A DNA stretch of 64,000 bases. Origin: a candidate division WOR-3 bacterium. GTDB taxonomy: Bacteria; Hydrothermota; Tepidihabitantia; SM23-42; JAOAFX01. The notes under the pieces are model-generated. The model saw nothing but the letters and a program-made list of their open reading frames with translations, was not told where the DNA came from and searched no databases. Shown here in pieces: positions 9,880 to 19,676 of this stretch (within the stretch, counting starts at the first letter, position 1; each line of letters starts with the position of its first letter). The stretch lies in contig JBBINQ010000005.1 in the NCBI GenBank assembly GCA_037443805.1, positions 9,607 to 73,606 on the forward strand, in the 5' to 3' direction. Made by a program: the position numbers and the translations under genes.

Positions 9880-10344
9880 TTAAAATGTCTTTGCAATAGA
9901 AAAAATGCTCTTTAATTGTTCATCAGTCTTACGCAAACGAGCAGAGAGAGTTCGGGTGAAGACCCAGAGTAATTTATATGCAATACCAGTATCTTTGGCA
10001 AGTAACCTGCGAAAGTCATCTTTACCAATACAGAGTAATATTGTATCATCATTCGCAATTGCTGAAGCAGAACGCGGGGCATCATCAATTAATGCCATCT
10101 CACCAAAGTATTCACCTTCTCTTAGAATTGTTAATGCCTCTTCTCCCACACCCGGCACAATCGTGGATATGCGGATGCTACCCGAAACAATTAGATAAAA
10201 GGCATCACCAATGTCACCTTCTTTAAAGATAACTTCGTTCTTTTTCACGCGTCGTTCTTTTGAAATGGATATCAAAATATCCATCTCACTGGGTGTCAGT
10301 TCTCGGAACAGATAGACCTGACTTAATGCCTCCTTTTCCCTCAT
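9880..10344 (-). CDS. Stand-alone cyclic-nucleotide-binding domain protein (no HTH)
   Basis: IFKEGDIGDAFYLIVSGSIRI, phosphate-binding cassette YFGEMALIDDAPRSASA; start ATG 10344 overlaps the LysM gene stop. Confidence 0.88.
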   Translation of the reverse strand: MREKEALSQVYLFRELTPSEMDILISISKERRVKKNEVIFKEGDIGDAFYLIVSGSIRISTIVPGVGEEALTILREGEYFGEMALIDDAPRSASAIANDDTILLCIGKDDFRRLLAKDTGIAYKLLWVFTRTLSARLRKTDEQLKSIFSIAKTF

Positions 10345-11372
10345 CGCGCCTCCATTACTAATCGGCATTTTTCACCCCGTTTAATATCTGGAACCTTTTG
10401 TTCCCATCTCAATAGACCAATGCAAGCCTTTTCAAAGATGCTTATGACCTGGACTTTGGCGATGGTGAAATCGGGCATCTTTTTTCCACCCACAACCCGC
10501 TCCTGGTATACATCAAATATATCGCCGACCGCAACACCAGAATTCTCACCCTGGTCAAGATATATAAAAATGTGGGGTGGTTTTAGTTTTTCAGTTGATT
10601 TTACTTCTACTACATAGCCTTCAAGTTCTTTTGTTGCTGGTAAGAGTGTGACATTCTCTGGTGCTATTTGTGGTTGATACGGTGTTACAAGGTCACCTTT
10701 TTTGATAATATCGTAAGAATCAATTACTTTGCACCGTGAACCCTGTTCTCCCACTTCTTCAACCTCTGCCCGACCAAGGACAATAATCTCTTTGCCCAGA
10801 AATTCTCCGGTCTTTGGATGGCTGATGCCTTTTCCCGGACGATAAATAGTAAGGATATCACCCACTTTTACATCACTGGCACGGTCAATATAGATTGTTT
10901 TATATGCACTGATCATCTTTTCGTCCGTAGGTTCGGTTCCAGTAATGGTTGCCCATAATGGAAGGTCTTCTGTAAGGATAAAGCCCGCGCGATGGATAAT
11001 ATCTTCACTGAATATATGTTCCTCGGGTTTTACTACAGAGATGACCTCAGCGGTTTTTTTGGTTGGGGGTGCAGGTGGAACATAGGTATAGACCTCTTCA
11101 ACTGGAGGAACTTCGGTTACGGATTCAACTGGTGCTGGAACCATACCCAGTGATTCCTCAGGTGATGGTGGAATTACAAATACTTGATCAGGATATATCC
11201 AGTGCGGGTCTTCTATCTGGGTAAGATTTGCCCGCCATATATAGGGCCACAAAAACGGATTCTGATAATAAAACCCGGCAATATCCCATAATGTATCACC
11301 AGGTTTTACAGTATGTGTTGCCTCCTGTGCAAATATGGAGACAAAGACCAGCAGTAAAGCCAAGCGTTTCAT
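10341..11372 (-). CDS. Exported LysM peptidoglycan-binding protein with C-terminal beta domains
   Basis: Signal peptide, HTVKPGDTLWDIAGFYYQNPFLWPYIWRANL..IEDPHWIYPDQVFVIP; SD AGGAGG. Confidence 0.88.
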   Translation of the reverse strand: MKRLALLLVFVSIFAQEATHTVKPGDTLWDIAGFYYQNPFLWPYIWRANLTQIEDPHWIYPDQVFVIPPSPEESLGMVPAPVESVTEVPPVEEVYTYVPPAPPTKKTAEVISVVKPEEHIFSEDIIHRAGFILTEDLPLWATITGTEPTDEKMISAYKTIYIDRASDVKVGDILTIYRPGKGISHPKTGEFLGKEIIVLGRAEVEEVGEQGSRCKVIDSYDIIKKGDLVTPYQPQIAPENVTLLPATKELEGYVVEVKSTEKLKPPHIFIYLDQGENSGVAVGDIFDVYQERVVGGKKMPDFTIAKVQVISIFEKACIGLLRWEQKVPDIKRGEKCRLVMEAR

Positions 11373-11387
11373 ACCAACCTCCTTTTT

Positions 11388-12578
11388 TTATTTAATGTGC
11401 TTTATTGGCTGTTGAACCGACCATCTTCCTAACAAATTTCTTACGCTCACAATTTTATTATCATTTTTGAAGACCCGGGCAACCCTGGGTCCAATACCAG
11501 AAGTGAGTTCATAGACAATGGTATTACATTTTTTTGCCAGTTCTTCAGCCCTTATCTCTTCATTACCATCCTTGCCAATGAGGGTGACAACATCACCCAA
11601 TCTTGCCTGTGGAATATCAGTGACATCAATCATCATCAAGTCCATACAGATCGCTCCTACAATCTTTGCCCTTTTACCATGGCATAAGACTTCTGCATTG
11701 TTGGAGAGCAATCTTGGATAGCCATCGCCATATCCAACACTTACTGTAGCAATGGTGCTTTTCCGTTTTGTGCGGTAAGTATGTCCATAACTTATTGGTG
11801 TGCCTGTTGGCACACGGCGCAGGTTAACAATGCGTGATTTTAAACTCATTACAGGTTTGAAGTTTTCATTCAATAAAATCCTGAAAGATGGTGTCAATCC
11901 ATAAAGGGTAATGCCGGGACGGACTAAATTAAAATGGGAATCAGGAAAACGAAAGATACCAGAAGAATTTGCGAGGTGAATGAATTTTGGTCTTATCTTT
12001 ACGTTATGCAATTGCCCTATTAATTGTGAAAAATTTTTTATCTGCTTTTTGGAGAATGCGCCATCTGAATCTGCTAATGGGAAGTGGGAGAATATCCCTT
12101 CAATCTTTATATAAGGTGAATGATTGATTTTTTTAACGGCATTAAATGTTTCTTCATAGGGGAATCCGGTTCTGGTCATACCTGTGTCAACTTCAATATG
12201 GACAAGGATCGGTTTTTTTAATTTTTGTAATTTCTGGTTTAATTTTTTAAAAAAGGCAAATTCAGAGATGGTGGGAATAAGATTATATTCTATGATTCCA
12301 TCTATCTGATTGTCCATTACTGGGCTGAGAATAATTATCTTTGCATTAATGCCTGCAACACGCAACTCAATACCTTCTTCAGTACTTGCGACACCAAACA
12401 TATCAACACCAAATTGCTGTAATGTTCGGGCAATCTCTACTGCTCCATGACCATAGGCGTCTGCTTTTATTGCCGCCATAATCTTTTTGTTGTCAATCAT
12501 TTTGCGAATTAGTAAATAATTATCTATCAATCGATCAAGATAAATTTCTGCCCAGGTTCTTCCCAAATTATCCTTCAT
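11388..12578 (-). CDS. alr: Alanine racemase
   Basis: PLP-lysine motif AAIKADAYGHG, HIEVDTGMTRTG, VRPGITLYG, ISYGHTY, VGYGDGY, ICMDLMM; start placed at ATG 12578 (MKDNLGRTW). Confidence 0.96.
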   Translation of the reverse strand: MKDNLGRTWAEIYLDRLIDNYLLIRKMIDNKKIMAAIKADAYGHGAVEIARTLQQFGVDMFGVASTEEGIELRVAGINAKIIILSPVMDNQIDGIIEYNLIPTISEFAFFKKLNQKLQKLKKPILVHIEVDTGMTRTGFPYEETFNAVKKINHSPYIKIEGIFSHFPLADSDGAFSKKQIKNFSQLIGQLHNVKIRPKFIHLANSSGIFRFPDSHFNLVRPGITLYGLTPSFRILLNENFKPVMSLKSRIVNLRRVPTGTPISYGHTYRTKRKSTIATVSVGYGDGYPRLLSNNAEVLCHGKRAKIVGAICMDLMMIDVTDIPQARLGDVVTLIGKDGNEEIRAEELAKKCNTIVYELTSGIGPRVARVFKNDNKIVSVRNLLGRWSVQQPIKHIK

Positions 12579-12585
12579 TAATTTA

Positions 12586-12613
12586 ATAATATACATAAAT
12601 AATAAAAAATCAA
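12586..12613 (-). promoter_or_regulatory. sigma70-like promoter for alr operon (TTGATT-N16-TATTAT)
   Basis: Read on the reverse complement; -10 ends 7 nt before the alr ATG; no SD. Confidence 0.55.
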
Positions 12614-12623
12614 GAGATAAATT

Positions 12624-12660
12624 GACTTTTAGGTATTTAGGACTTTTAGGTATTGACTTT
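12624..12660. repeat. Direct repeat GACTTTTAGGTATT x2 plus a partial third copy
   Basis: Exact 14-mer at 12624-12637 and 12641-12654, then GACTTT at 12655. Confidence 0.8.
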
Positions 12661-12680
12661 AATGTTATTTTATATAGAAT
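12653..12680 (+). promoter_or_regulatory. sigma70-like promoter (TTGACT-N16-TAGAAT)
   Basis: Upstream of SD GAGGAGG and ATG 12701. Confidence 0.65.
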
Positions 12681-12700
12681 AACCTATGAGGAGGTATTGA

Positions 12701-13927
12701 ATGAAAAAAGCTTTTATCTTTTTACCTTTTCTTATTCTTTTTTTTATTGGTTGTCCGGCAACATGGGAGAATGCTGCCAAAATCTATTTACAGCAGGGTG
12801 AATATGCACGGGCAAAAGAACAGGCACAGGTTGGAATACAAACCAACCCTGAATATTATGGAGCCTATTGTCTTTTAGGTAAGGCAGAGACCGGACTGGG
12901 TAATTATATAGAGGCAGGCAAGGCGTTTCAGGAAGCGTATAAACGGGATTCACTTGCGACCATAAATTGGCTGAAAACAGATGAAGGTGGAAAGAATATA
13001 CCCGTATTCTGGCAGTCGTTTTATAATGCAGCATATAAACTCAATCTGGAAAAAAATTATCAGGAATCCATTCTTTACCTTCAATTTGCTAAAAAACTTG
13101 ACCCAACAAATGTGAGCCAATTTATCCTTGAAGGAAATAATTATGTGGATTTGGGAAATAGGGAACAGGCAATCAAATCTTATCAGAAGGTTCTGGAATT
13201 TGATAAAGAGAATCCTGAGGCGAGTTATTTCATTGCCAAGGTGCATTTTGATAAACAGGCATACGATTCCTGTGTTTTCTACATAGGTAATTCCATAAAG
13301 AGTTTTGAAAAGGATTATGGCAAAATAAAGAATCTTCTCTTTAAAAATGTAGAGTTTAATCAAAATCTTGCATCCGAATTGATAACGTTGTATAAAAATA
13401 AAAAGAAAGAGGCATTGGACCAGTTTATAAAGACCAAACTCGGTTATGATGAGGGTTTTGCCGGGCAGGAAAAGAATGTGGAGAAATTTGTAAAGGTAAA
13501 TGAGGAATATGGCCGCGGCGAATACCTGGCTGGTATTGTTTATCTCAATTTAAGAAATGATACATTGGCACTGAGTCATCTTACAAAGGCAGCAGAATTA
13601 TTGATTGATGACCCAGATGCCCTCTATTTTCTTGGTGAACTTCTGATAAGAAAGAACAAATGGGCTGAGGCAAGAAACTATTTTGATAGGCTGGTCGCAG
13701 TAAAGCCCGATGACTTTGCAGGCTGGTTCTATATTGGTGTATGCTATGCCCAGGAGAAGAACTATAAAAAAGCCATTGAAATCTATGAAGAAAAGGCATT
13801 ACCTCTGGAACCTACAAATATTGACCTTCTCACCAATCTTGCTTATGCATATCGTGAAATAGGGAATACCAAAAAGGCAATGGAGTATTTACAGAAAGCC
13901 GATAAATTATTAAAGGAGAAAAAATGA
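12701..13927 (+). CDS. TPR-repeat lipoprotein
   Basis: Lipobox FFIGC followed by multiple TPRs (YKKAIEIYEEKAL, LLTNLAYAY). Confidence 0.82.
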   Translation: MKKAFIFLPFLILFFIGCPATWENAAKIYLQQGEYARAKEQAQVGIQTNPEYYGAYCLLGKAETGLGNYIEAGKAFQEAYKRDSLATINWLKTDEGGKNIPVFWQSFYNAAYKLNLEKNYQESILYLQFAKKLDPTNVSQFILEGNNYVDLGNREQAIKSYQKVLEFDKENPEASYFIAKVHFDKQAYDSCVFYIGNSIKSFEKDYGKIKNLLFKNVEFNQNLASELITLYKNKKKEALDQFIKTKLGYDEGFAGQEKNVEKFVKVNEEYGRGEYLAGIVYLNLRNDTLALSHLTKAAELLIDDPDALYFLGELLIRKNKWAEARNYFDRLVAVKPDDFAGWFYIGVCYAQEKNYKKAIEIYEEKALPLEPTNIDLLTNLAYAYREIGNTKKAMEYLQKADKLLKEKK

Positions 13928-14910
13928 ACACAAGGGCAACCGAAGCAATTCTTAATATTTTAATCTTCATTGGTTTATTAATATTATTATTCGTTGTTGG
14001 TTATCCTCAGTATAAGGAAGCGCAGCCATCAAAGATTCGCATTGGCGTTGATAAATCATTTGGTTCCCTGCCCTTTTATGTTGCTCAAGTTGATACAACC
14101 AGAAGATATTTTAAGATTGAAAAGGTTGAACCAGAATTTGTTAATATAAATGGCGACCCACTTGAAGGTTTGAAAAGGGGAGATTATGATATTTGTGCTG
14201 TCCCCTGGTATAACCTCCTCATCTCACCGAGCAGTAATGGTGATACAGCAAAGGCACTATGCTCTGTTGCTTTTAAAGGTTTTAGTGATGCGATTGTTAT
14301 TCCCAAAGGAACCAAAATGAAATTTCTGAAGGACTTGAATGGAAAAAAGATTGGCTACCTGATGGATGATTCTTACCTATTTGATTTAATCGCACCGAAC
14401 CTTAAAACCGAGAATCTGACCAAATTTACTAAGGTCCCATTGGCAAGAGAAGAATTGGAAACAGCACTATCAAGTAAAAAGGTTGATGCAATATTTGTAA
14501 TAGAACCTTATCGCAGCCATATGTTATATGTGGGTGATACAACCCTTGATGAAGGGCTTATTAATAGATATATTATGCCTTCAATGCCCTATCTTGCAAT
14601 TGTAATGCGTAAGAGTTTTGTCCAGAATAATCGGCTTGCCTCTTACCGGATAAAGAATGTGCTTGATGGTGTATTAGGTTATCTACGGCTGCGGCCTGAA
14701 ATCGGAAAGAATGTGCTGGTTAAAAATAATAACTGGCCTGATGACCCAATCTATCTTGCAAATATAAGAATGCCTGAGTACCAGCGCCTGAGCGAGATAG
14801 ATATTAAAGGCATAGAGAGTTATCAGACATTTCTGGTGAGAGCAGGGATAGGAACCTGTGGCATAAAACCCCAGGAATTTCTTTTTGAGAGACTTGATTT
14901 CAGGAGATAA
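13924..14910 (+). CDS. Membrane-anchored NitT/TauT (SsuA/NMT1-like) solute-binding protein
   Basis: N-terminal TM anchor, KIRIGV...SLPFYVAQ, LKDLNGKKIGY, VDAIFVIEPY; ATGA overlap with the upstream gene. Confidence 0.75.
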   Translation: MNTRATEAILNILIFIGLLILLFVVGYPQYKEAQPSKIRIGVDKSFGSLPFYVAQVDTTRRYFKIEKVEPEFVNINGDPLEGLKRGDYDICAVPWYNLLISPSSNGDTAKALCSVAFKGFSDAIVIPKGTKMKFLKDLNGKKIGYLMDDSYLFDLIAPNLKTENLTKFTKVPLAREELETALSSKKVDAIFVIEPYRSHMLYVGDTTLDEGLINRYIMPSMPYLAIVMRKSFVQNNRLASYRIKNVLDGVLGYLRLRPEIGKNVLVKNNNWPDDPIYLANIRMPEYQRLSEIDIKGIESYQTFLVRAGIGTCGIKPQEFLFERLDFRR

Positions 14911-14912
14911 TT

Positions 14913-15209
14913 CCGGTCGTGCTAAATGGGGAGCTAGCGGTGCCCTGAATCCTGCTATATTTATGGCAGGATGACCCGAAATCCGCTTATGCGGGATTGA
15001 ATAGCCTCTTTGAGTTAACTCTTTCAGGGGCAACAGCAGGGATTTAAGAATGTTGAGGTTCGGGTCTTATGAAAGCACCGGCTACAAACCCCGCCAGGTC
15101 CGGAAGGAAGCAACGGTAAGTAGAGATGGGCTGGTCATAAGGCAGCCTGGGCTGAGTTCTTTACTTTGCTGTTCCTGAGATGGTTGGCGAATTGGGCTTG
15201 CACGACCGG
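14913..15209 (+). ncRNA. ffs: Signal recognition particle RNA, large Alu-domain-containing type (about 297 nt)
   Basis: Perfect terminal stem CCGGTCGTGC/GCACGACCGG; Ffh-binding helix GCCAGGTCCGGAAGGAAGCAAC; Alu-like 5' segment GTGCTAAATGGGGAGCTAGCGGTGCCCTG...AATCCGC; located upstream of dnaX as in many bacteria. Confidence 0.93.
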
Positions 15210-15294
15210 TTATCAGTAAATAGGAGTAGAAATAAACAACAGGGAACAAAGATGGAATATATGCGTATTAATTTGATTGGTTATTAATTTTTAT

Positions 15295-16719
15295 ATGGCA
15301 CACAGGGTCTTTTCATTAAAGTACCGTCCTCAAAATTTTGATGAGTTAACCGGCCAGACCCATATTGTCCTTTCACTCAAAGGAGCAATTAATAGCAGGG
15401 CAATCGGCCATGCATTTTTATTTGCCGGACCAAGGGGTGTTGGTAAGACTACGATGGCGAGAATCTTTGCCAAAAGTTTGAACTGCATAAATGGACCCAC
15501 AACCGCTCCGTGCCAGGAATGCCCTTCGTGTAAGGAAATTACACTCAGCAGAAGTATTGATGTGATAGAAATTGATGGTGCATCTAATCGGGGCATTGAA
15601 GAGATAAGAAACCTTCGGGAGAGTATAAAATATGCACCCCTTCAGGGTCGCTTTAAAATCTATATAATTGACGAAGTCCATATGCTCACCCAGGAGGCAT
15701 TCAATGCCTTACTTAAAACTCTTGAAGAGCCACCTGCCAGCGTAATTTTCATTCTTGCAACCACTAATCCGGCAAAGGTGCCTGCAACTATTATATCACG
15801 ATGTCAGCGTTTTATGTTTAAAAGATTGTCCATCAGTGAAATTATCAGGCGTTTGAAATTTATCGCAGAAAAGGAAGGGCTGGAGATTACAGAAAGAGCC
15901 CTTTATTATCTTGCATTGCGGGCAGATGGTAGTATTCGCGATGGTGAGAGTATCCTTGAACAGTTATCATCATTTGTGGAAGGAAAGATCACTGAAGAGC
16001 ATGTTTTCAAACTCATTGGATTTTTGAGTGTTGATTTTTACATTGATTTAATTAATAAAATTTTACAGAAAGACCTTGCCCATGTTTTTTTATTGTTGAA
16101 CAAAAGTATAGAAGAAGGGGCAGATGTTCTTGAGATATACCATGGTTTGATAAACTATATTAGAAAAATACTGCTCAGCCACATTGGCATCAATTATGAA
16201 CTTATTGATTCTACTGCAGAAGAGATTGAATTGTTAAAGGGTATTAATGTAGACAATGCGCGTCTTGTAAATTTGCTGGAAACCTGTATAAGATATGAAG
16301 ATACAATTAGACGCTCAATAAATCCGAGGATTGCACTGGAGTTGCTGCTGGCTCAGCTTACATCAGGTTTTACAAGTGAACCCATACAGACAAAGAATAA
16401 CCAGAAGAATTTTGATTCACAAAAAGGAGTGACTGATAAAGAGCGTTTAATTAACCAGCTGAGTAGAAAAAGTCCCAAACTTGCTGCAATCATATATAAT
16501 ACTGAGGTAGAACTCAATGGAGAAGACCTTGAAATTCGGGTTAATAATGAATTCCAGCACCGGACATTGATGGAGAATCAAAAGATTCTGGACGAAGCGA
16601 TGAAAGATGTTTTTGGTGAAGGCTTTAGTTTACATATCAGACTCAGTGAATCACAGAAAAATAAGACAAACCTCGCCGATACAATAAAAACGATGTTTGA
16701 TGGTGAAGAAGTGAGATAA
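15295..16719 (+). CDS. dnaX: DNA polymerase III subunit gamma/tau
   Basis: FSLKYRPQNFDELTGQ, Walker A GPRGVGKTT, Zn cluster CINGP..PCQECPSC, EIDGASNRG, IDEVHML, ISRCQRF. Confidence 0.96.
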   Translation: MAHRVFSLKYRPQNFDELTGQTHIVLSLKGAINSRAIGHAFLFAGPRGVGKTTMARIFAKSLNCINGPTTAPCQECPSCKEITLSRSIDVIEIDGASNRGIEEIRNLRESIKYAPLQGRFKIYIIDEVHMLTQEAFNALLKTLEEPPASVIFILATTNPAKVPATIISRCQRFMFKRLSISEIIRRLKFIAEKEGLEITERALYYLALRADGSIRDGESILEQLSSFVEGKITEEHVFKLIGFLSVDFYIDLINKILQKDLAHVFLLLNKSIEEGADVLEIYHGLINYIRKILLSHIGINYELIDSTAEEIELLKGINVDNARLVNLLETCIRYEDTIRRSINPRIALELLLAQLTSGFTSEPIQTKNNQKNFDSQKGVTDKERLINQLSRKSPKLAAIIYNTEVELNGEDLEIRVNNEFQHRTLMENQKILDEAMKDVFGEGFSLHIRLSESQKNKTNLADTIKTMFDGEEVR

Positions 16720-16741
16720 TAGATTCATCAGGGGTCGAGAG

Positions 16742-17026
16742 ATGAAGAATATCTTTAAAGATGCGATGAAATTACAGGAGCGGTTACGCGAAGAGCTGCA
16801 AAAGATTCGTGTTGAAGGCTCAGCTGGTGGTGGAATGGTGCGAATAGAGATGGATGGTGAGCAGAATGTTATTTCTGTAAAGATTGAACCCCAGGTCATC
16901 GCGGAAAATGATATTGTTATGCTACAGGATTTGATTGTTGCTGCATTCAATGATGCCCAGAATAAGGTTAAGGAGAAGGCACAGGAGTGCCTTGCCTCTT
17001 TGACCGGACTTCCGTTTTTCAAATAA
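16742..17026 (+). CDS. ybaB: YbaB/EbfC nucleoid-associated protein
   Basis: VEGSAGGGMVRI, LQDLIVAAFNDA; typical position after dnaX. Confidence 0.92.
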   Translation: MKNIFKDAMKLQERLREELQKIRVEGSAGGGMVRIEMDGEQNVISVKIEPQVIAENDIVMLQDLIVAAFNDAQNKVKEKAQECLASLTGLPFFK

Positions 17027-17047
17027 ATTCATACAATTACCCGAACC

Positions 17048-17075
17048 TTGACGCACCCATAAATTTGGCTATAAT
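17048..17075 (+). promoter_or_regulatory. gyrA promoter (TTGACG-N16-TATAAT), probably leaderless
   Basis: Perfect -10; ATG 6 nt downstream; no SD. Confidence 0.72.
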
Positions 17076-17081
17076 AAACTT

Positions 17082-19502
17082 ATGGAAGAGCGAATAACTA
17101 CTGTTTACATTGAAGAAGAGATAAAATCAAGTTATCTTGATTACTCAATGAGTGTTATTGTAGGCAGGGCATTACCTGATGTGCGTGATGGACTCAAGCC
17201 GGTCCAGCGGCGAATCCTATATGCGATGTATGAAGCAGGTCTTGCCTCAAATCGTGCGCACAAAAAGAGTGCAACTGTAATCGGTGATGTACTTGGTAAA
17301 TATCATCCACATGGCGATATGGCAATTTATGATGCCCTGGTCAGAATGGCACAAGATTTTTCAATGCGCTACCCACTGGTTAATGGTCAGGGCAATTTTG
17401 GTTCAATTGATGGTGATGCAGCAGCTGCTTACCGATATACAGAGGTAAGATTTACTGCCCTTGCTGAGGAACTCCTTAAAGACCTGGAAAAAAATACGGT
17501 TGATTTTATCCCCAATTTTGATGGAAGGCTCAAAGAACCATTAGTTCTTCCCGCGGGTTTTCCCAATCTTTTATGTAATGGTGCATCGGGTATTGCAGTT
17601 GGTATGGCAACCAATATTCCACCCCATAATCTTGGTGAGATTATTAATGCGTTGAATGCAATGATTGATGACCCTGAAATTGAAGACAAAAAAATTATGA
17701 AGTTGGTATCTGGTCCTGATTTTCCGACTGGCGGAATCATTGCCGGAAGAAAAGGGATTGAAGAAGCATATTTGACAGGTAAGGGTAGGATTATTATCAG
17801 GGGAAAGATAAAGATTGAAGATTTAAAAGGGGGTAAACAGGCAATTGTCATAATGGAGATTCCATATCAGGTCAATAAATCTACCCTCCTGGAAAAGATG
17901 GCACAATTGGTGAAAGAAAAAAAGATAGAAGATATCTCTGATATAAGGGATGAATCGGATAAAGATGGTATCAGAGTCGTTATTGAATTAAAAAGGGATG
18001 CAAATCCAGAAATTGTATTAAACAATCTTTATAAATATACGAATTTACAGACTACCTATAGTATTCAGTTACTTGCTTTGGTGGATGGTGTACCCAAAAC
18101 ATTAACCTTAAAACAAGCAATCAGACATTTTCTGGACTACCGTTTTGAAGTAATTACACGGCGCACAAAATTTGAATTGGCTGAGGCAGAGAAGAAAGCC
18201 CATATTCTTGAAGGATTAAAGATTGCTATTGAACATATTGATGAGGTAGTTAATATCATTAAAAAATCGGCAGATGTAAAGGTTGCGAAAGAGCGATTAA
18301 TGAAAAGATTTTCACTAACCGAGATTCAGGCGCAGGCAATACTTGATATGCGCCTTGCCCGATTGACCAATCTTGAAAAAGAGGCATTAGAAAAAGAGTA
18401 TTTAGGTTTGATAAAAGAGATTGCCCGCTTGAAATCTATACTTGCTTCACCCAAAGGTGTTTATGGCGTTATCAAAAAAGAATTGAGCGAACTTGCTACA
18501 AAATTTCAAGATAGCAGGCGGACAACTATCTCTGAAATGGAACCTGAAGAACTCACTATAGAAGATTTGATTGCTGAAGAAGATATGGTGATTACACTGA
18601 CCCAGCGCGGTTATATTAAACGACAGCCCATTACTACTTATCGCAATCAAACCCGTGGGGGCCAGGGAAGAAAATTGGTAGAAACAGGTGAAGAAGATTT
18701 TGCCAATCAACTTTTAATTTCCAAGACCACAGATACACTCCTTTTCTTTACTGACCGTGGCAAGGTCTATGCGACAAAAGTTTATGAAATTCCTGAGGCG
18801 GGTCCATTCTCCAAAGGCAGGTCTATTGCCAATCTCATTGAGATGAGCGAAGGTGAAAAAGTTAATGCCTGTCTGGGAATAAAAGAATTTTCTAATAAAT
18901 TTTTTATTTTTATGGCAACCAAACAGGGAAAAGTAAAGAAGACAGCACTTGATGAGTATGAGAATGTCAGAAAGAAAGGTATTATTGCAATAAAATTAGA
19001 ACCGAACGATAGGTTGATTGCCGCAGAACTGACCACGGGCAAAGATTCAGTTTTATTGACCACACACGATGGACAGACCTTAAGGTTCTCTGAGAAGAAG
19101 ACACGCCCAATGGGCAGAAATGCGAGTGGTGTGCGGGGTATGCGACTGGAAAAAGGAGATGAGGTGGTAAGCCTTAATCTTGCGCGAGAGCAAGAAGATA
19201 TGTTGATTATTGGTGAAAAAGGTTTAGGTAAAAGGATTAAATTTGCTGATGTAAATGAAAAGGGCAGGGGTGGAAAGGGTGTGAAGGCAATGACCATTGA
19301 TGAAAAGACCGGAAAGGTTGCTGGTGCAGTAAATGTGAATGATGAAGATGACTTGATTGCGATGACCAGGAGTGGAAAGGGAATAAGGACGCCAGTCAAT
19401 GCCATAAGGGTGATGGGCAGGCAGGCAAAGGGTGTGAAGATAATTACACTGGAAAAAGGTGATACTGTTGTTTCAATTGCACGCATAAAGGCAGAAGTAT
19501 GA
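17082..19502 (+). CDS. gyrA: DNA gyrase subunit A
   Basis: [27 protein letters not shown], catalytic AAAYRYTE, GyrA-box-like QTRGGQG, six-blade CTD repeats. Confidence 0.95.
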   Translation: MEERITTVYIEEEIKSSYLDYSMSVIVGRALPDVRDGLKPVQRRILYAMYEAGLASNRAHKKSATVIGDVLGKYHPHGDMAIYDALVRMAQDFSMRYPLVNGQGNFGSIDGDAAAAYRYTEVRFTALAEELLKDLEKNTVDFIPNFDGRLKEPLVLPAGFPNLLCNGASGIAVGMATNIPPHNLGEIINALNAMIDDPEIEDKKIMKLVSGPDFPTGGIIAGRKGIEEAYLTGKGRIIIRGKIKIEDLKGGKQAIVIMEIPYQVNKSTLLEKMAQLVKEKKIEDISDIRDESDKDGIRVVIELKRDANPEIVLNNLYKYTNLQTTYSIQLLALVDGVPKTLTLKQAIRHFLDYRFEVITRRTKFELAEAEKKAHILEGLKIAIEHIDEVVNIIKKSADVKVAKERLMKRFSLTEIQAQAILDMRLARLTNLEKEALEKEYLGLIKEIARLKSILASPKGVYGVIKKELSELATKFQDSRRTTISEMEPEELTIEDLIAEEDMVITLTQRGYIKRQPITTYRNQTRGGQGRKLVETGEEDFANQLLISKTTDTLLFFTDRGKVYATKVYEIPEAGPFSKGRSIANLIEMSEGEKVNACLGIKEFSNKFFIFMATKQGKVKKTALDEYENVRKKGIIAIKLEPNDRLIAAELTTGKDSVLLTTHDGQTLRFSEKKTRPMGRNASGVRGMRLEKGDEVVSLNLAREQEDMLIIGEKGLGKRIKFADVNEKGRGGKGVKAMTIDEKTGKVAGAVNVNDEDDLIAMTRSGKGIRTPVNAIRVMGRQAKGVKIITLEKGDTVVSIARIKAEV

Positions 19503-19515
19503 GAAACTTTTGAAG

Positions 19516-19592
19516 AGTAAGTAGTAGGTAGTAAGTAGTAGGTAGTAAGTAGTAAGTAGTAAGTAGTAAGTAGTAAGTAGTAAGTAGTAGGT
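19516..19592. repeat. Heptanucleotide tandem repeat (AGTARGT) x11
   Basis: Eleven perfect 7-mers: 8 AGTAAGT and 3 AGTAGGT; intergenic, after gyrA. Confidence 0.97.
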
Positions 19593-19597
19593 AGCTC

Positions 19598-19676
19598 CGC
19601 CTTGAAAAAGGCGAGAGTTTTCCGCTTTGCGTGAATTCTCGTTTAAGTCTCTTAAACGGAACTCGTCCTTCGGACG
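19598..19676 (+). other. Cluster of three hairpins upstream of dCMP deaminase
   Basis: CGCCTT-GAAA-AAGGCG; CGTTTAAG-TCT-CTTAAACG within an outer GAGTTTTCCG/CGGAACTC stem; CGTCC-TTC-GGACG. Confidence 0.6.

Noticed and set aside
16400-16440. dnaX programmed -1 frameshift site
   Set aside because: The A-run (CAA AAA GGA) is not an in-frame A AAA AAG heptamer and I saw no stimulatory hairpin.
18782-19486. 234-aa minus-strand ORF
   Set aside because: Antisense shadow of the repetitive gyrA CTD; the other short nested ORFs in the track were dismissed for the same reason.
17082-19502. ParC rather than GyrA, given no adjacent gyrB
   Set aside because: A GyrA-box-like QTRGGQG and a full six-blade CTD favour GyrA.
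19516-19592. Possible CRISPR array
   Set aside because: Contiguous 7-nt units with no spacers and no cas genes; it is a microsatellite.
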